A DNA stretch of 64,000 nucleotides from Gekko japonicus (taxonomy: Eukaryota). Position numbers and translations under genes: made by a program. The stretch is taken from positions 704,643-768,642 of the forward strand of contig NW_015173675.1 of NCBI RefSeq assembly GCF_001447785.1, given 5' to 3'. Under the pieces are notes generated by a model. That model searched no databases. It was not told the origin of the DNA and saw nothing but the letters and a program-made list of their open reading frames with translations. This document shows positions 1-11,941 of this stretch, one piece after another (positions within the stretch are counted from its first letter, which is position 1; each line of letters opens with the position of its first letter).

Positions 1-115
1 TCCAAGGCCATTAAGAGCTTTGTAGGTAGTAACCAGAACTTTGAATTGAATCCAGTAAAAGAAAAAGAGAAGGAAAAGAAGTTAGTGTAGGATCTCTCTT
101 GGGTTGCTGTATAAT

Positions 116-917
116 GGCCCCGGTCACACGGTCCGGAAAATGCGGGGGGGGGGGACGCGTGGCTGTTTGGCCCTGCGCGAAATAACGTGCGGTTGCGCGA
201 TCAGACGTCCCGTGGAGGTCCCGTGGTTAGGGGGGAGGTGCCGATCAGATGGCTAGGCAGCAGCAGGACTACTGAATGGCCGGCGGGACATCCACTCCGG
301 AGGTATGGAAAGGCACTTCACGGAGCTACCCACACGCGTGCTCCTCCTCCTCCTCTGTTGTCAAAACCGGGAGGCGACGCTGATGGCCAGGAATGACACC
401 CGCCGCCCCCAACGGTGGAGAAACCCGGCCACGCCCTCAAGGACCAGCCCCCCCCCACCGGAGTAAAGCGCCGCGGGGGGGCCCTACCGCCTGCCTGCCT
501 GCCTCTCTCAGCTCGGCCTCGCCACCCCCTCCGCAGGGCGCCCCAGTCCACCACGACGGCTTCTCCCCCCCACGTTCCTCCTCCTCCTGTGGCCAACGCC
601 ACTTCCTCCTTGTGAGCATGTGCCGTTGGGTGCTTTTGCACATCCTGCAGACTTGGGGGGGGGGCCTTGACGGGACATGGGCGGGTGCCTGATGCCACTT
701 ACTACCACCAGAAATGCGATCAGATGCCCGCCCTCGCCCCGCAGTTTCCGGAAACTAGTACCTCGGAGGTACTAGTTTTTTAAACCACATATTCGGCGGG
801 AAGCCTTGGGTGAGCCATGGGAGCTCTACGCTTCCCAGATGTGGCGGTGTGATCGCGCCTGGAAAATCCGCCTATCTTCCGTCTCTAGCGTGGCTAATGC
901 TCCATGTGACCGCAGCC
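116..917. mobile_element. GC-rich PIF/Harbinger-like non-autonomous DNA transposon
   Basis: Imperfect 16-bp TIRs GGCCCCGGTCACACGG / CCATGTGACCGCAGCC; flanks AAT/GAT. Confidence 0.7.
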
Positions 918-3209
918 GATGAACATTGTGTGCCATCAGCTTGCAAGTGACTCATGGAGACCATAGGGCCATGGGATTTTCAAGGTAAGAGATGAGCAAA
1001 GATGGTTTGCCATTGCCTTCCTCTGCATAGCAACCGCAGTCTTCCTTGATGGTCTGACAAGCTCAGCCTAGTCGGGGCTATTCAAGCTGCTTGTTGTACA
1101 ATAGTTACATGTTTTTTTAATCACTCATTGTCATCAAAACAATGAAAACATCTTTCCTGAAACCAGTGGCAGAGTGACTAGCAATATACTGATCACAGTC
1201 TTGCTAACTCGGCATTTTGGGGAATTTTCCTGCAACAGCCTTACAGATCAATTTGAGTTATTTGGGCTGTCTGTTTCTTACTGTTCTCTTGGAAGCAATT
1301 ATCATGATTTCCCATAAGCAGAAAACATTCTGGAGTATTGTGTATTCTTTCTCCACATATACCCCTTAGAAAATAGAAAATCTGTCAGCTGGTATTATTG
1401 CTCTTTAGGTTCTCATAACAGAAGAAATACAGTTCAGTACAGACTGGAGAAAGCTGGTTCCTGGAAATCCGTTTGCTTGACATGTGATGGAAACAAACAT
1501 GCTCACAATAATACTCATTTTGGAGACATTAACTGTATTTTTATTTTCCAGCTTTCTGTTGTAATAAGCAATGAGGTCTGTGCTTGCTTTAGCACACTGC
1601 ATTTCCTTATTTTGTCCCACTCCCTTTTATCTCAAAAATTCTGTAATTAAATACCCATCCTGTGTGTAGTTTAGCAATTTTGTTATTCCATATGGCTGCC
1701 AACAGATAGCTGGTACACAGTGGTTTAATTGGATAATATTCTTAGATTGTCTTACAGGGTAATTAAAAAGTTAAGTTGCCGTTACAAAGTATTGTTTTAC
1801 AGCCCTCTTTTCCTATAATACACTTTTCATGTATGGGGTTACCAAAACTGGTTGTCCTTTAAAACTAATGGGAATGTTCTTGTCTAATAATGAATATTCA
1901 GTAATATAAGTAGTGACGATAGGAGCTATCTGGGCGGCTACCATAATAATCATAACGAATGTGGCCTTTGCAGGCTAATAATTCCCTAATGTATTGATGG
2001 GAAATTCTCCTGAAATGAAAGGAATAGCTGTGCACAAGAAAGTATTCCACATAAAAGAGTCACAGTGTGTGTCTATTTATGAAACAAATTTACTTTTTAT
2101 GACATGGATATAGTGGTGTTCTGTTTGAAGTATGCGTGTATGCTAACAAAAGGTACAAAGAAAATACTAATCGGCAGTTTAGAGAAGAGAATGGTACTAT
2201 ACAGATCACAAGCATCACCTGAAGTATTGATTTACACAGCCCATTTGTACCACCTTTGTGTGCCTGCTTGTGTCCAGCCAATCATATGAACCACTGCCAC
2301 ATTTCTTTGCTTTCATTTCATTGAAGTCCAGATACAGAAATCTTCTCCTATCGAATGGAGAAAGACCTGCAAGGATAGTCCATTACTCTGAAAAATAGGA
2401 GCATCTTTTTAACCATTTCTAGCTTTATGAAGGCATAAATTTGAACCATTTGGGTCAGCTGTTTAGTTAGGTTGTAAGGCAGAAAGACAGCACAGGTGGT
2501 GAGACAGCCTAAACGATTAATCTAAATTTACCTTCTTGTGATGGCTTTTGTTTCATAATGTTTTTTCAGATAACCTCAGGTTAGAAGTTTCATCCAATGT
2601 TGATGACCATTTTCTTTTTAGAGCCTGCTCCATCTGTCTCCTCCAAGATGTTTGAGCTGCTTTATAACAGCCTGGCTTTTACAATTTAAACAGTATAAAG
2701 TGATAAAAACAGATATCCAGACAAGTTGTATCTTAACAAAACAAAAAAAATGAGGAAGCATCAAACTCTTGTAGTGAAGTTTAATTTTGGAATTCTTGAG
2801 TGACATTTTTGTATGTGCCTGCCAATAGAGCAGACATCAGGCCCTCGAGATATTGTCTACCAAACTCTTGTGGAGCTCTGGCTCATTCCGATGGGCCTAG
2901 CACAAAGCAATTCAAGGCTACAGTGCATATAGGAGATACTGTCTATATTTAGGACACTATTTGTTCTTATCTTTTCTTATGGTTTAACCAACAAAAATCT
3001 CCTTTCAAATCGTTTCTCAAGAAAGTAAATTATCACTATTTTGTGTGTACTAAATTAAAACCTAACCTTTATATGATGAATCCACAGAATGTGTGCAACA
3101 CATTCAAATAATTTGCGAGCCCCATATGTCAGTTCATACAGAAGATTTTGGGTTGAATGAGACCAAATTTAGTTTGCTTGTTTCCACTACACAAGTGGTC
3201 TGGATTGGA

Positions 3210-3245
3210 ATAAGAAACTGCATAAGAAATTGCATAAGAAACTGA
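3210..3245 (+). repeat. Short tandem repeat, 3 x 12 bp (ATAAGAAAYTGC)
   Basis: Directly visible in the sequence. Confidence 0.85.
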
Positions 3246-6200
3246 TACGAAATGAATACTGTAATACTTCTTAGTACTACCAGGGTGCCACAAAACTGGT
3301 TATTATAGAAAGTGTGATCAGGTTTCCTAACAAATATATGGAACATTTTAGTTTTCAATGATGTCAAATAAGACTTTTGCACAAAATATTTTTGTAATGG
3401 TGGTTGTGCTCTAAAATCCAGTTATTACTGTGCAAGCCCAATCTGCTTCATCGATTGCATGAGAGGGAAATTCTGCACGTGCAAGGTCTTTGAGTGCCTT
3501 GACGTTCGTAAAGAGCTCTTGATTAGGGCATGTAACTTACCATTTCTCATGAATGGCAGAGACTAGGCTGAAGCTTATCCTGTCCATCTGTTCTGCTGGA
3601 CAGAATGCACTGGCTAAAATGTGTCTGTCTTAAGAAAAACGAATTCTTTGTACTTTGGAAATGCTGAAGAGTAACTGTGGAGAGATTTGTGGGCCAACAA
3701 TGTGCAAGCATTCTAAGGTGCACATTTTATCTTGGGAATCAGGACACATTTCCACACAACCAGATGAGGAACTGCAGAGAATGTGTCAAAGCATAGTTGG
3801 CCAAGAAAGCAAATTACAGAATATTTGAAAAACAAGTCCCAGAAGGTTGCACCGGAGTGGTAGACAGTTTAAAAAAATTAAAGCAAGGATAATATTGTGA
3901 TCTAGATGGATGCAAAGTAAGCTTAATAAAAGTCTAGTTTCAACACCTCTGGGAAAATCTGAAAATAGTTATTTTCAGTTTCCTAAGGAGTTTTGACTGT
4001 TATCTAATTATACAAAAGAAATGTGATGTTTCTGATGTTAGCTACTTTACTATAACAAGAGGACCAATTAACTGATGCTAAGGGGAATTGTTAAGAGACA
4101 TATTGCCTTCTAATTGAGTCTTCTTGTTTGCTTTGTATCGCAATTAATTCAGTTTTGTAGTGGCCAAGCTTTAAGAACTGGCATACACTTGACATTTTCT
4201 CATATTCATTAACATATTCCTCCTCTGAAGCACTATTTTGATTAAGTACTCAGAAAGCTCTGCTAAAACATCTATTATTGCTGCAGAGTCAAATGTCCGT
4301 TGTCTTGAACTCAAGACTAGTAATTGAAAGAATGATTTGCAGTTGATTTCAGGGAAGTTAAAAGTGTGATACATACTTCAACTGGTTCCCCTCCTTCTGC
4401 CTTTTAAACTTTACAGAAGGGCTAATTTAGCAGAAGCGTGAGTAATCACACATAAAGGATAATTTATATTATTGTAAAACAAATAGCAGATAATGGTAGC
4501 ACCCAGAGGGCACTCTTCAAGTGTCAAGCTGAAGCTGGTTGTTTTGTTGTGCCAGGTGCTGTGTGAACTGTGGTTTTCCTGGGAGGTGTGTCCCACAATA
4601 AATAGTGTGTTGTGATGGCTGCATAGATCTCTGACACTCATTTGAGCTGGGTTTCACGATCTGCTTCAATTAATTACAATAATTCACATATGCACTCCTT
4701 GATGGACAGATTATCCAGATTTTCTATTTTTATATAAATGGAAGGAGAGCAGTTCCTCATAGTATATTACATTGAATGGAGAGGGGCCAGATCCTGGTTA
4801 ATAAGATTCATCACTAGTTGTTGCTGTAAAGCTTCCTGACTCCCATGGTTCAAAGAACATGCTGGTCATTTTACATATAGCTGTATTTATTTACCCAATG
4901 TTTAGCCTGTCTGCCTTTCAAGGGACTCAGGATAGTGTTCGTGGTTCTCCACTCCTTCATTTTACCCATTGTTTCCCATCGCCATCTTTTGATATTTCAC
5001 TCCACTCCTGTCAGATAAGTTAGTCTGAGAAAGAGTGACTGTCCCAAGGTTTTCCAGTCAACTTTGTGGACAAACGGGGATTTGAAACTTGTTTCCCAGG
5101 TCTTCATCTGACATTGTAGCTGCTACACCCCTTTACTTGTACATTATGAGCTGTAGCAGTGGTACCTGCCTGTACAAGCTTGTGATCCACCAGTCTGGCT
5201 CAATGAGATAGTATGGGCTGCCAGGAAGTTAGAAACCACTGTTTTGGTCTTACGCAAGCAGCAAAAACAGAAGGTTGTCCTGGTGCCCCCCCCCCCATAT
5301 GTCTGGTTGCCTGTGTTTAGATTGATAGATAGAGCCTAAGCAGTGTGGGCCTAGGCCACATATTTGTCAAGCTGGTCAGAGAATTTTTGTACCTTCTCTT
5401 TTGAAAATGATTTTTATTAGTGTTCTTGAAGAGACTGTTCATAAATATACACGACATCTAGATTTTGGGGTGTATTATTTTATCTGTAGGAAGTCACAAA
5501 ATGGAAGATCGTGGAATTAATGGGAAAATATGTGCTCCAGGTTTTGAACTCCCCTTTACAAGTTTGTCAGATCTTTGTGTATCTGGTGACTTTTGTGACA
5601 AAGCCTCAGGAAGTGTGTGTGACTGAACTGTCTGAAGGGGTCCAATGTGCAATGTAGTCTGTAACTACCTCATTTATGTGCACTTTGCCGAGGTAGCCAC
5701 CGGAATTTGCTGGTGGCTGTTTAATCCACGTGGGAGTCATTTTAGCATGAGATACGAACAACTGGGCACAGGAGCCAGATGTGCACATTTGATCATGCCT
5801 ATTTGGCCCAGAGGAGAGGGATGGCTATGTCGGGTCAAACTGCTCATGTGATCACACCCACAGAGTGAGCAAGCTGTTGGTTGTGGTGGTTTTCATTGCT
5901 GATCAAGTTAGCATCCTTCTCTTTCCCCAAGATAGACTGCAACTGAACCAGAACTTATGGGCTAGATGCAGGAATTACTATGTGAATTTTTACTACAGTT
6001 TTTAAGCAGAATGTCAGGTGTGATTACAATAAATGGTTACCTCCTTGGCTTCAAAATCTATGAGTCTATAAATGATTACTTTAGAAAAGCAGATTCACAG
6101 ATCAGTAATTTCCCTCATTCCGTTTTGCCTTCCTCTGTTATTTTATGGCTTAAATCCCTCAGCTTTACACATTTTCTGATATGAAGTGAATGCACAGACT

Positions 6201-6681
6201 GAGCCATAACTACTGATATCCTGAAACAGAACTCCTTTTGTAGGTGTTAAGAGCAAAGTAATAATAACTGTGATTGACTGAATTCACACCAGCAGAACCA
6301 TTGGTTTCCTGCGTGAACTAGCTTGGAAAGTAAATCTCCCACTCTATGGTTTGCACCTTACCACTAGTAGCATAGTGTTAAATCTGATGTAATAAGTGTT
6401 TGAACATTCAGCAGTAGTTCCAAGCACCCCAGTGCTAGAGAAAACTGCAGATAGCTATGAAATTGACTTTTTGTCCTCCTGAAGTACTGTATTTCAGATG
6501 TTCAATGCATCATACTCAGTGCAAAGAACTATGAGACAGCTACAACATTTTGTTGGACATTATTTGGAGGGAAGTAAACAACGGGACAGTAGGAATGGCT
6601 AAAATTCAATAGAAATGTATGTACTGTAAAAATGAACTCACTAGTATTACTTTTCTTGTATTCATCAGTTAGCTAAACAAG

Positions 6682-6960
6682 GGCTGCGATCATATGGAGC
6701 GGAAGCTGCGGCAGGCAAACGATTCCCCCGCGGATTAAAGGGATGCGATCAGACAGACACATCTGTCTGGCGTCCCAGAATTGTTGGCGGGGCGTCTCGT
6801 TGCACCGTAAGAGCGGCACAAAAAATCCACCAGGGAAACGTCAGTAGCATAGGGAACTGTGGGGTGGGTGGAAGTCTGATCGCGTAAACGCGCATCAGTT
6901 CGCCCCGGGGCAAACAGCCTCGCTTCCCGCCCGCAGTTCCTCAGTGGTGCGATCGGAGCC
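6682..6960. mobile_element. PIF/Harbinger-like MITE
   Basis: TIRs GGCTGCGATCA / CGATCGGAGCC with an exact 3-bp TSD AAG. Confidence 0.75.
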
Positions 6961-7311
6961 AAGAAGAGGCTAATGAGAAAGACAAATTTCTGGAGAGCAG
7001 GTTCATCAGTAGCCATGATGGTTAAATAACACCTGCATGTTCAAAGGCAGTATACCTCTGTATACCAGTTGCTATGGGGTAATAATAGGTGGATGCTTTG
7101 GCTTTTGTGTCCCTGCTTGTGTGTATTCTGTGGCATCTGGTTGACTCCTGTAGGAGACAAAATGCTTGACTAGATGTGTCTTTGCTCTGATTCAGCAGGG
7201 TTCTTATGTTATTATGGGAGTAAAAATTAACGTGAAAAAAGATGTATGTGCAAGTGCATACAGACTGAGATCCTCCAGTTTATCTGAAGTTGTCAGAAAA
7301 GGAGGATCTTA

Positions 7312-7755
7312 TGCCCCGGTCACACGGAAGGTTTTGGGCCGGGAGAGGGACGGATCAGGGGCGCAGCAAACGGGCGCGATCTCACCGCAACATCTGGGAT
7401 GTGGCGCGTACCCGTCCCCGATCCGGCCCTTCAGGCCAAAAACCCGCTGCAAAAAAGAACCACCCCTAGAGGTGGATTTACCAGAAAGGCCGCGGCAAGC
7501 GCAGCTGTGGGATTGCCGGCGCGTCCTTCTGCCGGCGCATCTGAGGCTCCTGGCCGAACTGCGCATGCGCACACATGTGCAGACGGCTGCCTCGGTCTCC
7601 GGTCGGTGGCTTCCTCCCTGGCATCTAATTGTGCCGGGGAGCAACGCCGCAGCAGCTCAGGGGATCTGTATGATCCCACCGCCATGTGTTTCTTTTGGTG
7701 CGGCTCTGATTAGCCGCACTTTGCCCGTGATTTTTTCTGCCGTGTGGCAGGGACC
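7312..7755. mobile_element. PIF/Harbinger-like MITE
   Basis: Left end GCCCCGGTCACACGG is shared with the element at 116; right end CCGTGTGGCAGGGACC; flanks TTA/TAA (TWA-type target). Confidence 0.75.
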
Positions 7756-8145
7756 TAAATCTGGATAAACGTAAAGTAAAATACCTGTGATAGCATTCTT
7801 GTGGATGGATTTGAAATTATTCTTCCTAGCTTACTTTGCTACTTTATAGAGTTCTTTGTAGCCTAGCCCTTTAAATGATTTCTCAAGAGGTTCCTGTTCA
7901 GTCTGAACAAGAAATTCATATTAATGTGATGTGTGTAATATGGGAATACTAACAGAGAAGTCTTTCATTTAGTTCAGTCTGTGGCTCAAAGGATCACACC
8001 CATGTGTCATGAACTGTGGGACAGCATTATTGTATTGCCCATGACAAGTAACAAATGGAATCCATATTCACCCATAGCATGGAATCCAAGAATGCTTCTG
8101 AGTTGTTAATATTAGAATTGTATTTTCTCCTTTTTTGGGGACTAG

Positions 8146-8283
8146 AAACAGAGAAGATAGGGCTGGAGGCTGGAAATGGGTTGCCATCTCAGAAATTCAA
8201 TGACCAGCTCTTTCCCTGTGATGTGTGTGGAAAAGTGTTTGGCCGACAGCAGACGTTGTCCCGACATCTCTCCCTGCACACAG
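8146..8283 (+). CDS. ZNF827: ZNF827 internal coding exon (ETEKIGLEAGNG...CDVCGKVFGRQQTLSRHLSLHT), one C2H2 finger; upstream exons lie outside the window
   Basis: Acceptor ctag at 8142-8145, donor GTAAC at 8284. Phase 1/1. Peptide matches the ZNF827 C-terminal region as I recall it. Confidence 0.95.
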
Positions 8284-11200
8284 GTAACACTTTTTTTTTT
8301 TTAATAGTAGTGTTGGGCAGTTTCAGTATTTTTCATGGAATAAGAAACATTTCTTTGCATTAAAAAAAAGTGGATTGTGGCATGACAGGAATGAGCCGGG
8401 ACTGAGACTCAGGTTTACACACTCCCTGCTTCTCCTTCCTATTCCTGCTTCCCCCTGTCCACTGGGATTCTACCCTTCCCTTACTGGTTTGTGGCAACTC
8501 ACAGCTTGCTGTTCAATCCAAACTGACAAACTGAATATGGTTTGTGTTTGATTTGAGCTTGCCCTGCAGATCCGAACTACAACCTATGATTTGATCCTTG
8601 TTTGCAATTCTGCTTTGGAGGGCAAGCACAAACCATAATTTGCCCGTTGAGAGCTATAATTTCGCCAGTAACCAGGAAGGGAGGAAAAGAAATGCCGCAA
8701 GGGAGGGGGAAGGTAGAAAGGTAGCTGGCAAGCCCAAGGCTCGTTCCAGGCTTATTACATAGCACCAGACCATATTTGTGTTGAACCAAGCCTATGGGAT
8801 TCTAGCTAAACTCCATAGCTAAAACGCACCTGTGATCTGCTTTAGTGAAAGGCCCTAAACAAAAGCAAGTAGAGAGTATGTTCCCACAATGTCTTCCTGA
8901 GGACTGCTGACTGGCCCCGTCTCCGTGGTGACTATCAGACCAGTCTAGAAGGTTGAGGCAGAAGTTGACTGGCACCAACTCTCCTGTCTCACTTCTCCAA
9001 GTAACCCTGTAGGAAAGCTAGTTGCTGACTAGGACCCAAAATGGCTAAAAACTTGGATTATAGGTGTAAAGATGCTGTTGTACAATATTGCTAATTTGGG
9101 GGGGGGGAATTCCTGGATGCAGTTCTATGTCTAATGGAGATGATAATGTCAATCTTTCTTAATTTGGTGTTGTCTAATTGATGCACATGTGTTGCATCAT
9201 CCTGCTGGTTGTGAGTTGCACTGCCAGGTGTGGTTCCTAGATTGCCCTTGCTGAATTGGGCTGCTTAACATTCATGTTAAACTAGAGTTTGATCCTATGA
9301 AAAGAGTTAGGCTTCATTTGCTCTACTTGTTTTTGTCCAAAAAAAAAATAAATAGGATAATTGGAGGATGCTTCTCTCCCCATTGATCTGTTCCTTAAAG
9401 GTGCCTTCACAGACAGTCTGGCCTGACATTCACGGTAACACTCAACTAGATTTGCCAACAAAGTTAGTGCAATCAGTAGATGTGCAAAAAGCAGTCCAAA
9501 AATACAGGGGGAAAATTGAAGTTCAGAAATAGCACCATGGCTCTGCTGAAGTCTGACTATATGCCATGGTAAATACTTAGTAATATAACTTTTCTCTAGA
9601 GGAAAGTGAGCAGATTTAGTACTGAGGTCAGCTAATTCAAGTCATTCTCAGTCTTGCACACTTTTCTGTCTCAGAGGAACTGTTACAAAATACCAAATGT
9701 GATTATATGACCATAGATGATCCCATTTTGCTCTGGGTCTCTCTGTCCAATGAAAGATCCTGAAGGATTTATTGTAGAATAATGCTTTATAGTTATAGCT
9801 AAAATTGATTTTTTGTTTTGTTTTTAGTGTTTCAGTCACTTTTGCAGTCTCTAGCATAGCCATATTGCATTAAGGAAAAAATAAGCTTTTCTTTAGTAGT
9901 AATTTTTTAGAGTTAATCTACAAACCTGTGAAACCTATAATATTTGAATTTAAACTGATTTAGCTACATTGATTTTAATGGTGCAGTTAGGCAAGAGTCA
10001 GGTCCATCAGCCACATGTCACACTGCTAGGAGCTCACAGGTCCCAACAGCCTCCACCATGCTGTGTTTCTGATTTGAAGTGGCCCCAGGTGGCACTATTT
10101 GCCCCATTGGAGGGAGGGGCTGCAGATTTAGCCCATCGGTACCCATGCAGCTCCCTAATGGGGCTATTTCAGTTCAGGAAAATGGGGAGCCCAGACCTGA
10201 CATTTAAAAATTGTCTAATTTAGTTCAGCCCTCAGACTGCATTACTAATTTCCACAAGAGAGTCCTTGGAGAATCCAGAGATATTGGCTAAAATACAAAT
10301 TCTGCGCGTCTGTAGATTTGCAGTCTCTGAACATGAAGTCAGGCTATTCCTACTGTGAGTCACCAGTTCAGGTGCCAAGAGTTAGTACAAATAATTTTTA
10401 AATTTTAGAACTGTGTGGTAAGTTCAGCCTTTAATGTTGTAGGGCAAAGACAAGCCACACATGTATAAATCAAAAAAAAATTTCATGTTGTAGAGAAAAG
10501 ACAAGCAAAACATGTATAAAGCAGTGAACCCACCTAGAAGCACTCTTGCTGTGTTCAGCCCAGTCCTCTACTCTTCCTTTCCAGGAGCAAGCACTGAAAA
10601 AATAGCTTTGCAAGGTTTCAGCAGTGGCTGGGTATGCATGGTGCTGACTGGCTGGCCCTTTGTGATGTCATCAAGAACATCACACCTTCACCCCCAAGTC
10701 CCAGAACAGTTGTATTTCTGAAAAGTTAATAATGTGACAAATGAATCAATGTTTGTTTAGCACGTCTAAATATCAGAAAGGGTAGACAGCCTACTTGAAG
10801 CGGTACTGAGAACTGGGATGCTCATCACCCTTAGAAGGGCTTCACTTTATTAACTGCATCCTTTTATGGCCAGGTTTTGCTGCAAAACAATTAAACACTG
10901 TACTTTCACACAGATCTCTCCCAAGACATGACTCTTTTGAGTATTGTTAGCCAACACAAGTACACTGGTGTTGCAACACAAAATGTATCACAGGCACCTT
11001 AACTGGATTGTATTTACTGTTCTGAGAGCCTGCTAAGCTCCTTGTACAAATTCTTTTATTCCTGCAATTATTTTCAAGGCCTAGGTGCTTGGCGCTTTCC
11101 CACAATATGTGGGGAACGTGTGAAAAGTGAAATGGAAGCTCTTGCTGAGCCGAATAGTTTTAAAGGGTTGCAAGCTTTCAAAGCCAGAGGGATATAGTTA

Positions 11201-11634
11201 AACAATTAGTCTAATAAAAGGTAGCATTTCATCTGTAGTCATGGTTTTACAGTATAATGTGCAATCTAAACATTTCCCATGAAGTTGCTGACATATAAGT
11301 TTTTGAAATGTTAAACAGTGGCAGTGACTTAACCAAATCTAAGGTCTCTTAAGCCTCGGGTTTCGATGGGAGAGCTTTAACTGCCTCTCATTGAAGTTGG
11401 TGGGGTTCAAAATTGTATTCAGTTTAAGCTGGATTGTGCCCAGAGTTGTTTGGAATGATTTTGTAGGATCCAAGGATTTTTCCCTCCCAAAAGCATATAT
11501 TTCTGTATTAGAAATGACATTTTAAAAAGTGTCTTAGCATGGCAATGCTTGTGCATTTATCTTGTTTCCCCCCCCCCTCTGTGTAGAGATCCACAGTGTA
11601 AACTACCTGAGCCTCTTCATGGAAGATTGAGCTA

Positions 11635-11722
11635 CAGTGCAATCCTTTGCAGAATTACTCCAGTCTGTATCCATTGGAACCAGTGGGTTTGGACCGGAGT
11701 GAACGCTGCACAGGCTGCACTG
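11635..11722. mobile_element. Small (~88 bp) fold-back MITE flanked by TA; relatives near 13680-13765, 31141-31225 and 44365-44430
   Basis: TA|CAGTGCAATCCT...AGGCTGCACTG|TA with internal dyad symmetry. Confidence 0.65.
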
Positions 11723-11769
11723 TAAATGCATGTGCAACTTAGACTCAAGTTCTTAACGTTTTTTTCCAG

Positions 11770-11941
11770 AAGAGAGAAAATACAAATGCCATTTGTGCCC
11801 CTATGCTGCTAAGTGCCGTGCTAACCTGAACCAGCACCTGACTGTCCATTCCGTGAAGCTGGTGAGTACAGACACTGAGGACATTGTCAGCGCTGTCACT
11901 TCCGAAGGCAGTGATGGAAAGAAGCACCCTTATTACTACAG
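11770..11941 (+). CDS. ZNF827: ZNF827 coding exon (EERKYKCHLCPYAAKCRANLNQHLTVHSVKLVSTDTEDIVSAVTSEGSDGKKHPYYY)
   Basis: tttttttccag acceptor, AG|GTGAG donor. Frame continues from the previous exon; one C2H2 finger. Confidence 0.96.

Noticed and set aside
187-708. Overlapping GC-rich ORFs
   Set aside because: They lie inside a MITE; high GC content suppresses stop codons and the peptides show no protein signature.
7166-7768. 200-aa ORF
   Set aside because: It spans a GC-rich MITE, starts at TTG and has no recognisable domain.
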